Assembly: GCA_018646105.1 (NCBI GenBank)
Contig: JABGVJ010000050.1
Location: forward strand, 1-48,046
Direction: 5' to 3'
Source of the DNA: a bacterium
GTDB lineage: Bacteria > Margulisbacteria > Marinamargulisbacteria > JABGVJ01
DNA length: 48,046 nt
Shown here: positions 16,574 through 27,063 of the stretch, piece by piece
How the letters are laid out: the number at the start of each line of letters is the position of its first letter
How positions within the stretch are numbered: the stretch's first letter is position 1
Made by a program: the position numbers and the translations under genes
The notes under the pieces: model-generated
The model's database searches: none
Seen by the model: the letters and a program-made list of their open reading frames with translations, nothing else
Told to the model about the DNA's origin: nothing

Positions 16574-17674
16574 TTAATTAAATAAACTCTTATATAAGAT
16601 AATAATCGATCCCAAGATAAAATAAAATATATTAGGTAACCAAGCTGCCCAAAAAGGATGCAACATATCACCTCTACCTAAAGAACGAAAAAGAGCTACC
16701 AAAAAAAACCAAAACCCAACGGAAAGAACCGCTAAACAAATAGCCAGAACTACGCCCCACCAATCTTTCCCTGATTTCACAAACAAAAAACAATAGGCAA
16801 TTCCAATAATCGCAAAGATAAAACTAGCGGCTGGAATACTTTTTTTCATATAATATTCAACTTGCAAAGCTCTCGTCCCTCTCCCTCCGATTGCTAGCAC
16901 ATCTATTTTTTTCTTTAATTCTCCCGAACTCATTTCTCTTGGAGTTTTTGTATTACTATAAAAAGAACGCACATCTCTTTTTAAATTAAGATTTAAACGC
17001 GCAAAACCACTTGTAAATTCAGCTTTCCCCTCTTTATTAAACTCATAAATCATACCATCAAATAAAACCCATCTTTGCTGATTCCAAGTCGCTTTTTGTG
17101 CTGAAATAATACGCGGAAAATCGCCTATAATTTCATAAACTAAAATATCTTTCATAACATTAGCCTGGATATCAAGTTTGTTAATATAAAAAAAGCGATT
17201 TACATCATCTTTAAAAAAAACATTTTCAGCAATATCTGGAGCAGGAACCTTTTTAACTGCGGTTTTAATCAACCGATCCGAAACATGATTAGTCCAAGGT
17301 ACAATCGTCTCATTAATAAAAAAACATAAAAAAACCACTATAATGGTAATCAATAAAAGCGGTCTTACTATTCTAAAAAAACTCACCCCTGAAGATCGTA
17401 ATACAGTCAATTCATTATCTTTAGCCATACGCACCAAAAGCAACATCATAGAAAACAACACTGCCATTGGAAAAAAAAGCACCATTATTGCTGGAATTTT
17501 ATAAATCAGAAGACGAAAAACTACGCTTCCTTCCACGCCTGAATTCACAAACAGATCAACTAACGTAAAAAGGATATCCACCAGACCTACAATCACAAAA
17601 CCGCCTACGGCCAATAAAAAAGGCCCAAGGAAGTCAAGGATTAAATATCGATCTAAAATAAATCTTCTAGCCAC
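16574..17674 (-). CDS. LPS export ABC permease, LptF/LptG (YjgP/YjgQ) family
   Basis: The N-terminus ILDRYLILDFLGPFLLAVGGFVIVGLV is typical. Three TM helices, a periplasmic beta-jellyroll-sized insert, then three more TM helices. Confidence 0.85.
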   Translation of the reverse strand: MARRFILDRYLILDFLGPFLLAVGGFVIVGLVDILFTLVDLFVNSGVEGSVVFRLLIYKIPAIMVLFFPMAVLFSMMLLLVRMAKDNELTVLRSSGVSFFRIVRPLLLITIIVVFLCFFINETIVPWTNHVSDRLIKTAVKKVPAPDIAENVFFKDDVNRFFYINKLDIQANVMKDILVYEIIGDFPRIISAQKATWNQQRWVLFDGMIYEFNKEGKAEFTSGFARLNLNLKRDVRSFYSNTKTPREMSSGELKKKIDVLAIGGRGTRALQVEYYMKKSIPAASFIFAIIGIAYCFLFVKSGKDWWGVVLAICLAVLSVGFWFFLVALFRSLGRGDMLHPFWAAWLPNIFYFILGSIIILYKSLFN

Positions 17675-17689
17675 AAATTTTTTAAGAAA

Positions 17690-17890
17690 TCAATAAAGTT
17701 CGTTCGCTTTTTGCTGTAATCTAGCTCTTTTTTTCGCTGCTTTCAGCTTTCTCTTTTTAACATCAGAAGGCTTTTCAAAAAATTCTCTTTTCTTATATTC
17801 CAGTAACGTACCTTCTCTTTTAATATCTTTTTTAAATCTACGCAACATAGAATCAATTGATTCTCCTGGACGTCTTTCTTGCTTTACCAT
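17690..17890 (-). CDS. rpsU: 30S ribosomal protein bS21
   Basis: [47 protein letters not shown] matches the bS21 pattern. A strong aggagg lies upstream. Confidence 0.9.
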   Translation of the reverse strand: MVKQERRPGESIDSMLRRFKKDIKREGTLLEYKKREFFEKPSDVKKRKLKAAKKRARLQQKANELY

Positions 17891-17914
17891 AATTATATTT
17901 CCTCCTCTATCTTT

Positions 17915-18247
17915 TTAACCTGGGGGCCAATTAAACTCTCGGCCTCCTAATATATGAAAATGAAGATGTTCTACACTTTGCCCGGCTTTTTCACCTGTAT
18001 TATTTACTATTCTAAAACCCATCTTCTCTAAATCCAAATCTAAAGCTATCTTTTTAAGCACCTGCATCATCTTTCCCGCTAAAATCTCATCCAATTCCAA
18101 AACATTACTTAAATGCTTTTTAGAAATTACTAAAACATGGACTGGGGCTTGAGGCGCTATATCTTTAAACGCTAAAATATTAGCATCTTCATAAACTTTA
18201 TCACAAGGAATTTTTCCTGCGACAATTTCACAAAATATACAAGACAC
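17915..18247 (-). CDS. HIT-family (histidine triad) nucleotide hydrolase
   Basis: CIFCEI...AFKDI.PQAPVHVLVISKKH...QSVEHLHFHILGG, the canonical HxHxHxx triad. Confidence 0.9.
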   Translation of the reverse strand: MSCIFCEIVAGKIPCDKVYEDANILAFKDIAPQAPVHVLVISKKHLSNVLELDEILAGKMMQVLKKIALDLDLEKMGFRIVNNTGEKAGQSVEHLHFHILGGREFNWPPG

Positions 18248-18272
18248 TCTAAACCCCCTTTCCTTTTATAAA

Positions 18273-19016
18273 TTAAATCTTAAAAAAATCCGCATTTTCT
18301 TCATACAAATTTTCCGTATTCTTTTTTATATCCAATTTCCCATCAATATAATTCTCTTTTTCATAATCCAGACAACACTTCAATTTACCACATTGCCCAC
18401 TTAATTTATGCATATTTAAAACTAAATTTTGACTTTTAGCTAATTTTACCGAAATAGTTTTTGTCCTATCTAAAAACCCGGAACAACAAAATGGCAATCC
18501 ACAATTCCCAATACCGTTTAAAACTTTTGCCAACCCTCTATCTCCAACTTCACGCATTTCCGCCTTACAATGCATCTCAAAACTAAACTTATTCGTAAAA
18601 TCATTTAATTTAAAACTCTTTTTTTGTTTTTTAGATTCCATTTTTTGATAATAAAAATAAATCTGACTTCTATCAAAAATCAACTCTAAATCTCTGATTC
18701 TAATAGGTAATTCCAATTTTTCAATTAATAACCTTGCATGTTTTTTATATTTTCGTTGATCTGCCACCATCCTTTGCAAGGATCGCAAATCTTCCTCTGT
18801 AGCTATTCTCAAAATCTTTTTAATAGTAACCTTATTTCTCTGTTGTCTTCTATTTTTACAAGCGCAAAGATTCAAACCTGCATAAGCATATTCAATACCA
18901 CGCGTAGTTTCTACAATCAAAAGATCTCCTATCTTCACCTTGAACTCGGGATGAAAACTCACTTTCGATTTATAGCGTTTAGCTCCCACAAAATATATCA
19001 AATCCGTATTATTCAT
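18273..19016 (-). CDS. ricT: PSP1-domain protein (YaaT/RicT-like)
   Basis: PSP1-type sequence with a C-terminal cysteine cluster (GNCGLPFCCSGFL, GQCGKLKCCLDYE). The position directly after holB with a 4-nt overlap is the classic holB-yaaT arrangement. Confidence 0.8.
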   Translation of the reverse strand: MNNTDLIYFVGAKRYKSKVSFHPEFKVKIGDLLIVETTRGIEYAYAGLNLCACKNRRQQRNKVTIKKILRIATEEDLRSLQRMVADQRKYKKHARLLIEKLELPIRIRDLELIFDRSQIYFYYQKMESKKQKKSFKLNDFTNKFSFEMHCKAEMREVGDRGLAKVLNGIGNCGLPFCCSGFLDRTKTISVKLAKSQNLVLNMHKLSGQCGKLKCCLDYEKENYIDGKLDIKKNTENLYEENADFFKI

Positions 19017-19879
19017 AATTTTAAAAACAAACTTTCCAAATTTAATTTCAAATTAATATTATACTTTAATTTCGCCATATTTTCGATTATCATTTCTATG
19101 TTCTCTTGATCTTTAACTGATACCTCTTCTATTTTCCGAAAAATAGACTTAAGCCACAAGTTAAAATACAACTCAATCTGCTGTTTACTATACAAAGCTA
19201 GTTTATGTGCATAACCCAACCTGGAAAACTTATCCAAAGCCCTAAACTCGTCATAAGTTATATACTCATCAAGCTCTGGTAAAACATCTGTTTCCAAAAA
19301 ACATTTCAATAAAAAATCATCATTCAGACATTTTTCTAACCAAGCTGCTGTTTCTTCTTTAGGTTTACTAGCCAAATAACCTTTTAACTCTTGATTTGAA
19401 ATTGATACTAAATCTATTTTTTGACATCTTGATTTAATAGTAGTCAAAACATCTTTTTCATTGTGCGTTAATAAAATAAAAGTAACTCCTTTTAGAGGTT
19501 CTTCTAAAGTTTTCAAAAAAGCATTTGCCGCTTCCCTTGTAAAATTCTGCACATTATTAATCACTACAAATAAATAGTTGGCTATCGCTGGCCCATATTT
19601 TACAAAATCTTGAATCTCTCTAATCTTTTCAATTTTAATTTTTCCTTCTATATCCAAAAGATAATAATCAACCGCTTTTTTCTGTGACACAGTTTCACAA
19701 TTCACACATTTATAACAAGGGCTATCCGTAAAATGAGTACAATTAACGCCCAATACAAAATACTCTGCACTCTTTTTCAAAAAAGAGCCTATCGGCCCAC
19801 TAAACAAATAAGCATTAGCTATACGTTTATGGTTAATGAGACCATTTAATAGCTTTAAATTTCTCTTCGCTAGTAACAT
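19013..19879 (-). CDS. holB: DNA polymerase III delta-prime subunit
   Basis: RIANAYLFSGP, zinc-module-like CYKCVNC, NAFLKTLEEP and TIKSRCQ sensor motifs. Confidence 0.8.
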   Translation of the reverse strand: MLLAKRNLKLLNGLINHKRIANAYLFSGPIGSFLKKSAEYFVLGVNCTHFTDSPCYKCVNCETVSQKKAVDYYLLDIEGKIKIEKIREIQDFVKYGPAIANYLFVVINNVQNFTREAANAFLKTLEEPLKGVTFILLTHNEKDVLTTIKSRCQKIDLVSISNQELKGYLASKPKEETAAWLEKCLNDDFLLKCFLETDVLPELDEYITYDEFRALDKFSRLGYAHKLALYSKQQIELYFNLWLKSIFRKIEEVSVKDQENIEMIIENMAKLKYNINLKLNLESLFLKL

Positions 19880-19926
19880 AATAAAGTGATTATAACATAG
19901 ACTAAGCTACAAGGCAGCCCGCATAC

Positions 19927-21903
19927 TTACTCATAACGCAAAGCTTCAATAGTATTCAATCTAGCTGCTTGCCTAGCTGGCCAAAGACCAAACACCAATC
20001 CAATTACAATTGAAAAAGAAGTCGCTAAAATTATTGAAAAAAACGAAATTGTCGTAGCCCATCCCGCTAAAACAGATAAAAGAATAGCTATCCCTCCCCC
20101 TAATAACACCCCAAAAAAACCGCCACATACCGTCATTAAAATCGCTTCAATCAAAAATTGCATCAAAATATCTTTCTTACGCGCGCCAATCGCTTTTCGC
20201 AAACCTATCTCACTCGTTCTTTCTGTCACCGATACCAACATAATATTCATAATACCTATTCCGCCTACCAAAAGCGCAATCGCAGCGATAGAACCCAGTA
20301 ACCAAGTCAACGTCCGAATCGTAGTTTGTAAAGTTTCCTGAATTTCCGACATATCCATAATCCTAAAAGCATCTTTATCCTCTTCATCCAAATTATGCCT
20401 CTTATAAATAACTCTCTTGATACCTTCCTTAGCCTGTTCAATCAATTCCGGACTTTTTACTTCCGCATCAATCGTATCTACATAATCTTTACCTAACAAT
20501 CTATACATCGCTGTACTTATCGGCACAATCACCAAATCATCTTGATCTCGCCACATCGACGATCCTTTTTGCGGCAAAACTCCAATTACCAAAAAATTTA
20601 TCCTATTAACCTTCACTATTGAACCCACCGGATTACTTTCACCAAAAAGTTCCAGAGCTATTGTGGCGCCCAAAAGTACCACCTTCTCTCTTCTTTGCAT
20701 TTCCATTTTATTGAAAAACCTACCTACCAACGGCACACTAGCTCTCATATCTTCATATTCAACTCCAGTACCTAATACCGAAGTATTCCAATTTTTATTG
20801 CCATAAACTATCTGTGCGCGTCCATAAACCGTTGGCGAAACCCTTTTAATACTAGACAACTTCGCTATTGCCTGTGCATCTTGCAAAGTAAATCTACTCA
20901 CCAAACTAGAACTACGTGCCACTCCGCTCACTCTTCTTGGCGCAGGTCTAATAGTCAAAAGATTAGACCCTAACGAAGTTAAACTTTTAGAAATAGAATC
21001 ACTAGCTCCTTGTCCCAAAGCTAACATCGCTATCACGGCTGCCACCCCAATCAAAATACCCAAAATCGAAAGAAACGATCTCATCTTATGCAGAAAAATA
21101 GCTTGCACAGCCTGCTTTAAATGATCCCAAAATTCTGCTCTACTTACTTTTAAAGTTTTTTCTTTTAAAGCTGCTTCCATATTTTTTTTAGCTACAGATT
21201 CACTCTCTCCAGCTTTTAAAGCCCTATCTTTTTTATCAATTCTTTTATCCTCTACAATTTTGCCATCCCGCATTCTGACAATTCGTTTAGCATATTTTGC
21301 TATTTCTTCTTCATGCGTTACCATCACAATCGTCATTCCATTTTGATTCAATTTACTTAAAATCGTCATTATCTCGGTTTCACTTTTAGTATCTAAATTT
21401 CCAGTAGGTTCATCTGCCAACAAAATCAAAGGTTCATTTACCAAAGCCCTGGCAATCGCTACACGTTGCTGTTCTCCTCCACTTAATTCATTTGGTGCAT
21501 TAGCCAATTTATGGGAAAGCCCCACCTCTGCTAATTTGCTTAAAACAACTTCTTTCAAATGTTTTTTGCCCGCATAAATTAAAGGTAATTTCACGTTCTC
21601 CTGAGCAGACATTCTAGATAATAAATAAAATTGTTGAAAAACAAATCCGACAAAATGATTTCTTAAAATAGTTAAATCTTTTTCTTTTAATTCTCTAACC
21701 TGTTTATCCAAAAACTTATAATCCCCACCATCAGGCACATCCAAAAGACCTAAAATATGTAGTAATGTGGATTTACCAGACCCAGACGGTCCCATAATCG
21801 CCAAAAACTCTCCTGGCGCCACTTTCAAGCTAACACCTTGTAAAGCCTCAAAAGCCATTTTCCCGTTTCTATAAGTTTTTCGAATATTTTTTATTTCAAT
21901 CAT
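19927..21903 (-). CDS. macB: MacB-type ABC transporter, fused ATPase and permease
   Basis: [12 protein letters not shown] (Walker A), [15 protein letters not shown] (signature), [12 protein letters not shown] (Walker B). Then a TM helix, a large periplasmic domain and a C-terminal FtsX-type 3-TM bundle. Confidence 0.9.
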   Translation of the reverse strand: MIEIKNIRKTYRNGKMAFEALQGVSLKVAPGEFLAIMGPSGSGKSTLLHILGLLDVPDGGDYKFLDKQVRELKEKDLTILRNHFVGFVFQQFYLLSRMSAQENVKLPLIYAGKKHLKEVVLSKLAEVGLSHKLANAPNELSGGEQQRVAIARALVNEPLILLADEPTGNLDTKSETEIMTILSKLNQNGMTIVMVTHEEEIAKYAKRIVRMRDGKIVEDKRIDKKDRALKAGESESVAKKNMEAALKEKTLKVSRAEFWDHLKQAVQAIFLHKMRSFLSILGILIGVAAVIAMLALGQGASDSISKSLTSLGSNLLTIRPAPRRVSGVARSSSLVSRFTLQDAQAIAKLSSIKRVSPTVYGRAQIVYGNKNWNTSVLGTGVEYEDMRASVPLVGRFFNKMEMQRREKVVLLGATIALELFGESNPVGSIVKVNRINFLVIGVLPQKGSSMWRDQDDLVIVPISTAMYRLLGKDYVDTIDAEVKSPELIEQAKEGIKRVIYKRHNLDEEDKDAFRIMDMSEIQETLQTTIRTLTWLLGSIAAIALLVGGIGIMNIMLVSVTERTSEIGLRKAIGARKKDILMQFLIEAILMTVCGGFFGVLLGGGIAILLSVLAGWATTISFFSIILATSFSIVIGLVFGLWPARQAARLNTIEALRYE

Positions 21904-22865
21904 TTTTTACGATTATTTTTACGTTTAGGCATAAAAAAGCTACGTTGGTCATCCCCGTTTTGTAACAAATACGGTTTATCTACAATCATTACCGTATCTT
22001 TATCCGTAATCCCTTCTAAAATCTCTACTTTATCATCGTTTGCCAAACCCAATTTCACCGACTGTTTATGCAAATCAACACCTTTTTGAATATAAACAAA
22101 AGTAACTTCATTATCAAATTGCAACGCTTTTCTTGGTATCACCAAAACATTTTTTTTGTTTTCCACCATAATTTCCACATTAGCATTCATCCCAGAACGA
22201 AAAACTTCCGGTACTCTTTCCGGCATAATCGACACCTCATAAACCGTCACATTATTGATCACAATCGCTTCATAAGAAATCTGCGTTACTTTACCTTCAA
22301 TTTCAATTTCCGGATAAGCATCCAATGCTATCTTTGCTTTTTGCGTTAATTCTACTTTCCCAATATCGGTTTCATCTACCTGCGCCTTCACGATCAGTTT
22401 ATCTGCTAACACCAAAATTTCACTACTCGTATTTACCGTTTGTCCCGGATCCGCGTTTCTCACAATCACCTTTCCTTTTACCGGTGCCAGCAAAGGCGTA
22501 GCTTTATAAACATTAGACCAATATCGTACTTTTTCTTTACCTTGAGTTTTTGCAGTATCCAATAAAGCAGCTCTTTCCGTAGAGCTCATCCACGCCAAAG
22601 GTTGCCCTTCTCTCACCATATCTCCTTCTTCTACTAAAACAACATCCAGACGCCCACTAATTGGCGGCATAACCCTAACCCTATTCTGTGGCGCCACAAT
22701 ACCAATCGTCTCCACAAATTTTTTAAAATCCTGCCGCTCAATTTTTATTTCCTGATACTCATTTACTTCTTGCTGATTACGCGTACCTTTAAACCAAAAC
22801 ACGCTCGCTACTAAAATCACTAAAATAAAAATACTTATTAAAAATACCCATTTCTTACCCTTCAT
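21900..22865 (-). CDS. Efflux periplasmic adaptor (HlyD/MacA family)
   Basis: N-terminal anchor, a lipoyl-like segment (GRLDVVLVEEGDMVREGQPLAWM) and beta-barrel domains. 4-nt overlap with macB. Confidence 0.8.
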   Translation of the reverse strand: MKGKKWVFLISIFILVILVASVFWFKGTRNQQEVNEYQEIKIERQDFKKFVETIGIVAPQNRVRVMPPISGRLDVVLVEEGDMVREGQPLAWMSSTERAALLDTAKTQGKEKVRYWSNVYKATPLLAPVKGKVIVRNADPGQTVNTSSEILVLADKLIVKAQVDETDIGKVELTQKAKIALDAYPEIEIEGKVTQISYEAIVINNVTVYEVSIMPERVPEVFRSGMNANVEIMVENKKNVLVIPRKALQFDNEVTFVYIQKGVDLHKQSVKLGLANDDKVEILEGITDKDTVMIVDKPYLLQNGDDQRSFFMPKRKNNRKK

Positions 22866-24117
22866 CCAAAATACCTCCTTTTGCTTGTATAAAAGCTGCT
22901 TTCGCTAACCATACATTAGCTTTAACTTCTAAATAAACTTTTTTAGCTTGCGCCAAATCATCTTCAATAATCGTCCAGTTATCAAAAGTAAGTAAACCGG
23001 TAGAATACTGCGCATCTGCTATTTTTGCTCTTTCTTTTGTCGCCCTTAAATATTTACCCTGCACCTCAAGTTGATCCAATCTATTATTCAATTTTACCCA
23101 GGTTTCCATTAAGGTATAAAATACACTTTCCTTAGCTTTTTTTTCTTCTATTAAAACCTGGTTTAAAACTGACTTTGTTTTATCTAAACTAGCTTTTTTA
23201 GAATCTCCATCATATAAAGAAAGCGAGCCACTCAATCCTACTGACCAGCTATTACTTGCCGAAGCATCAGCATAAGATCGGCCCAAGCTAGTATTAGCAT
23301 TAATCCTTGGTCCATAATTCGCTTCCGCTGCTTTCACATCCTGTTCCGCTGCTTCCCTTTTAAAGACTAATTCTTGCACGTCCGCATTTCTATTTACCAA
23401 TTCCTTGAAATTTCCTTTTTCTTCTTTTATCTTTCGAATCTCAAAATTTTCTTTAACCATAGTTATAACTATGTCGTCTTTCCCCATAATATCCGCCAGT
23501 TTTTTTTGTAATAACCAAAGATTTCTGCGGGCTACAACCACTTCATATTCAGCTCTAGCCAAATTTGCTTGTGCCGTCAAAACCGCACCTTTATGCTCTC
23601 TACCTGCTTTATAACGCAACTCCACTAATTCCAAATTTTTCTGTCTACGCTCACTAATTTCTTTAGCTATTTCTCGTAATTTTTGTTCTTTCCATAAATT
23701 AATAAAAGCCGTACGCAATCTAAATCGAACCACCGCTTCAGTTGACCTATAAGACAACTGACTCGCTTTATACCGTTTCGCACTTGCTTCCAAATTATAT
23801 TGCGTTTTCAAACCATCATATATCAATTTTTGCCCGGAAACACTCACACTATAATTATCTGCACCACTATTAGTCGAACTCCCCGCTCGTCTAGCCGTTA
23901 CACTACTACTTACTTGAAAAGCCTTAGTACTATCTAAAATTTTAAAATTTTCCTGCGCTTGAACTATCTTTTCCTGAGCTAAAACCAAATCCGGATTATG
24001 TTTTTCAGCCAATTCTATACAATCTGGCCAACTAAACACCTGAGCGGCATTAATCCCAAGAGTCAAAAACAACAAACAAATTATCAGCATCAATTGCCGC
24101 ATACTCATCTTCATCAT
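22855..24117 (-). CDS. TolC-family outer-membrane efflux protein
   Basis: Signal peptide, then two internal repeats of the coiled-coil/beta pattern (..LELVELRYKAGREHKGAVLTAQANLARAEYEVV.. and ..AKIADAQYSTGLLTFDNWTIIEDDLAQAK..). First gene of the tolC-macA-macB operon. Confidence 0.8.
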   Translation of the reverse strand: MMKMSMRQLMLIICLLFLTLGINAAQVFSWPDCIELAEKHNPDLVLAQEKIVQAQENFKILDSTKAFQVSSSVTARRAGSSTNSGADNYSVSVSGQKLIYDGLKTQYNLEASAKRYKASQLSYRSTEAVVRFRLRTAFINLWKEQKLREIAKEISERRQKNLELVELRYKAGREHKGAVLTAQANLARAEYEVVVARRNLWLLQKKLADIMGKDDIVITMVKENFEIRKIKEEKGNFKELVNRNADVQELVFKREAAEQDVKAAEANYGPRINANTSLGRSYADASASNSWSVGLSGSLSLYDGDSKKASLDKTKSVLNQVLIEEKKAKESVFYTLMETWVKLNNRLDQLEVQGKYLRATKERAKIADAQYSTGLLTFDNWTIIEDDLAQAKKVYLEVKANVWLAKAAFIQAKGGILDEG

Positions 24118-24189
24118 TACTCCTCACCTAAAACAACTTTTTCTCAGATATTATACAACCAGTTAAAAAAAATACCCCCAAAATAAAAA

Positions 24190-24957
24190 CTATTTTAAAA
24201 ACCGCTCAAAAAAATCAGGCCACACTCTCAACAAAAACCCATAAAAATTAGCAGCTACCCCTGTCCGCCAAGGTACATAAGCACTTCTTTTTTTCTTTGT
24301 AATTGCCTTATAAATCAAATCTGCCGCTTTTTCTGCCGTAATTAAAAATGGTTTAAATTTAATATGTTCCACCATAGGAGTATCCACATACCCAGGCCTG
24401 ATATCTGTAATATAAATCTTAGGCTGAATTCTTTTTAATTTCAATCTCAACCCTTTCATATAATTCATCACAAACGCTTTTGAGGCCGGATAAGCACTAG
24501 ATGAACCATGATACAAAAAAGCCGCGACTGAAGAAATTCCCACAATATGACCATTACCTTTTTTACAAAAATATTCAGCCGCTGCCGTCATCATAGCTAC
24601 AAAACCTAACACATTTACCTCAATAACTTTTCTATCTATCTGCCAGCTAGGTCTAGTACTAGAAAGCCCAACCCCTGCACAAATCACCACCAAATCAACT
24701 TCCCCCATCTCTGCAACCAATTCCTTAAACAACTGCTGAGCCTCTTCTGTCTTGGCCACATCCATCTCCTTGATAGAAACCACAACACCACCAGCATCTA
24801 CACCAGGCTGTATAAGCGCACGCTGCAATTCTTGCAGCAAGCCCCCTCTTCTTCCCGTCAATCCCAGGGCATACCCTTCGCGCGCCAATTTAAATGCCAA
24901 AGCCTTACCTATCCCAGAAGTAGCCCCAATAATAATCGCTTTTTTAAATTTCATCAC
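24190..24957 (-). CDS. Short-chain dehydrogenase/reductase (SDR)
   Basis: IIGATSGIGKALA (TGxxxGxG), NVLG, and the catalytic YPASK (YxxxK). Confidence 0.9.
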   Translation of the reverse strand: MMKFKKAIIIGATSGIGKALAFKLAREGYALGLTGRRGGLLQELQRALIQPGVDAGGVVVSIKEMDVAKTEEAQQLFKELVAEMGEVDLVVICAGVGLSSTRPSWQIDRKVIEVNVLGFVAMMTAAAEYFCKKGNGHIVGISSVAAFLYHGSSSAYPASKAFVMNYMKGLRLKLKRIQPKIYITDIRPGYVDTPMVEHIKFKPFLITAEKAADLIYKAITKKKRSAYVPWRTGVAANFYGFLLRVWPDFFERFLK

Positions 24958-25014
24958 TCTCCCCTTAAATCAACATTTTCTCACACTAAACACTTTGCTA
25001 TACTATTATATATT

Positions 25015-25608
25015 ATGCTAAATAATCTATTTTTTAAAACCAGCTTCTTATTTTTAGGTGCCTATTTATTAGGTTCTATTTCTTTTGCTCTCATTATCAG
25101 TCGTTTCAAAAAAACAGACCTCACCAAAATTGGGTCCGGCAATCTTGGAGCTACCAATGTTTATCGTGCCTTAGGACTCAAATATGCAATTTTAGTTTTC
25201 TTTCTAGATGCCTGCAAAGGCTATTTACCTACTTTAATCGCTATCAAATTGATCAATATCCCGATCCTAAATTTAGGCATTGGCATAGGCGCCATCCTAG
25301 GGCATTCTCTACCTATCTTTAATAAATTCAAAGGCGGAAAAAGCGTAGCGACCAGCCTAGGAGTTTTATTTGCGATTGCACCCAAAATTTTTATTATTCT
25401 TTTTCCTTTGGGTATTATTATTATTTATTTCACAAAACTAGTTGCCTTAGCTACTTTAATAGGTTGTTTTCTAGCACCTATTCTTTTATATCTTTTTCAT
25501 TATCCTACAGAATACATTCTTTTTATTACTTGCATCAGTATTTTTATTATTTATCGTCACAAAAAAAATCTCATTCGCCTCTTTCAAGGCAAAGAAAACA
25601 AAGTCTAA
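25015..25608 (+). CDS. plsY: Glycerol-3-phosphate acyltransferase PlsY
   Basis: LGSISFALIISR..DLTKIGSGNLGATNVYRALG...DACKGYLP...LGHSLPIFNKFKGGKSVATSLG. Start trimmed to the ATG at 25015, because the ORF-track start at 24832 overlaps the SDR gene. Confidence 0.85.
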   Translation: MLNNLFFKTSFLFLGAYLLGSISFALIISRFKKTDLTKIGSGNLGATNVYRALGLKYAILVFFLDACKGYLPTLIAIKLINIPILNLGIGIGAILGHSLPIFNKFKGGKSVATSLGVLFAIAPKIFIILFPLGIIIIYFTKLVALATLIGCFLAPILLYLFHYPTEYILFITCISIFIIYRHKKNLIRLFQGKENKV

Positions 25609-25610
25609 AC

Positions 25611-27062
25611 ATGTCTAAATTAAATTATAAAACTATCTTGCCTTTACTCCGAGTATGCGGCGATATCCTACTAATCCCGCTTATCTTTATTTTAGCCTAC
25701 AGTATTAAATTTAAAATAGGCTGGATCTCTCAAAAAATCTTTTCTTTAAACTATGGCCAAATATATCAGCATGCCCAAATTGAACCATACCTAAAATTTC
25801 TAGGTATTATTACCATTTTATGGCTTATTGCTTTTTATTTTGCGGGTATGTACAAAAATTTTACCGGACTCATGCCCGAAATAGACGAATTTCTAGCTAT
25901 CTTCAAAGGCATCACCATCAGCGCCATCGAAACCGCAGCCTTAACCATTATTTTTACAGACTTCCCCGCTTCTAAATCAGTTATTCTATACGCGTGGCTT
26001 TTAGGGCTTGTTTTTTATTCTATACATAGATTTATCTTTAAAAAAATAGAAATTCATTTTATTAAAAAAGACAATTCTTTAGAAAAAGTCTTAATCATTG
26101 GAGCTAATCATTTTGGCCAGGACATAGCAGAAAAAATAATTCTCTGCCCTACCTATAAAATGAAATATATTGGTACATTAGATCTCTCTACTCCTAAAAA
26201 CCTACACTTCCATTTACAAAAAAAATTCAATTACTTAGGATCTCTAAATGACTACAAAAAAATTATTCAACAAAAACACATCAACACCATCTTTTTAACC
26301 ATTTCTGATCAAAACCCCAAATTCACAGAAAAGCTTACTCTTTATTGTGTCCAACACAATGTCAAATTAAAGATCATTACTGGCTTATCGCAAATTCTAC
26401 AAATAACCATGCAAATCGAAAACTTTGACGGACTTACCTTCAACTCTATCAGTCTAGCGAAAAAAACAAACTTTAATCGATTTTTAAAAAGATGCGTGGA
26501 TATTAGCGGCTCATTATTCCTTTTAGTACTACTTCTTCCGCTTTTTATTTTAATTGCAGCCATAATTAAAATCACCTCTCCTTTTGGGCCCATCTTTTAT
26601 TTTCAAAAAAGAATAACTTTAAATAATAAAACATTTCAAATGATCAAATTCAGAACCATGATTCCAGATGCCGAAACCAGTACCGGCCCTGTTTTTACCC
26701 AAAAAAATAAAGAAAATCGTTATATTAAATGCGGTCATTTTTTAAGAAGCTCTTCTCTAGATGAACTACCTCAACTTTTTAATATCTTAAAAGGAGAATT
26801 AAGTCTCGTCGGTCCCAGACCAGAAAGACCTTATTTTATACAAAAATTCAATCAACAAAGCCCCTATTACAACCTCAGACACGTTGTCAAAGGAGGCCTA
26901 ACCGGGTTAGCCCAAATCAACGGCCGCGACTACCTTACACATAAACCAATGCATAAACTAAAATATGACTTGTATTACATCAAAAACTGGTCGTTACTTT
27001 TAGATATAAAAATTATCTTGAAAACTATTTTAATAGTATTTACAAAAGAAGAAGCATATTAA
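25611..27062 (+). CDS. Polyprenyl-phosphate glycosyl-1-phosphate transferase (bacterial sugar transferase, WbaP/EpsL-like)
   Basis: N-terminal TM bundle, a Rossmann-like linker (VLIIGANHFGQ) and the C-terminal catalytic domain KRCVDISGSLFLL...GPIFYFQKRITLNNKTFQMIKFRTM...DELPQLFNILKGELSLVGPRPERP. Start set to the ATG at 25611. Confidence 0.85.
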   Translation: MSKLNYKTILPLLRVCGDILLIPLIFILAYSIKFKIGWISQKIFSLNYGQIYQHAQIEPYLKFLGIITILWLIAFYFAGMYKNFTGLMPEIDEFLAIFKGITISAIETAALTIIFTDFPASKSVILYAWLLGLVFYSIHRFIFKKIEIHFIKKDNSLEKVLIIGANHFGQDIAEKIILCPTYKMKYIGTLDLSTPKNLHFHLQKKFNYLGSLNDYKKIIQQKHINTIFLTISDQNPKFTEKLTLYCVQHNVKLKIITGLSQILQITMQIENFDGLTFNSISLAKKTNFNRFLKRCVDISGSLFLLVLLLPLFILIAAIIKITSPFGPIFYFQKRITLNNKTFQMIKFRTMIPDAETSTGPVFTQKNKENRYIKCGHFLRSSSLDELPQLFNILKGELSLVGPRPERPYFIQKFNQQSPYYNLRHVVKGGLTGLAQINGRDYLTHKPMHKLKYDLYYIKNWSLLLDIKIILKTILIVFTKEEAY

Positions 27063-27063
27063 A

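Noticed and set aside
24832-25014. ORF-track extension of plsY. Similar extensions occur at 25464-25610 for the sugar transferase and 46439-46477 for ruvB
   Set aside because: The extensions overlap neighbouring genes or add non-homologous residues. Internal ATGs give N-termini typical of the families.
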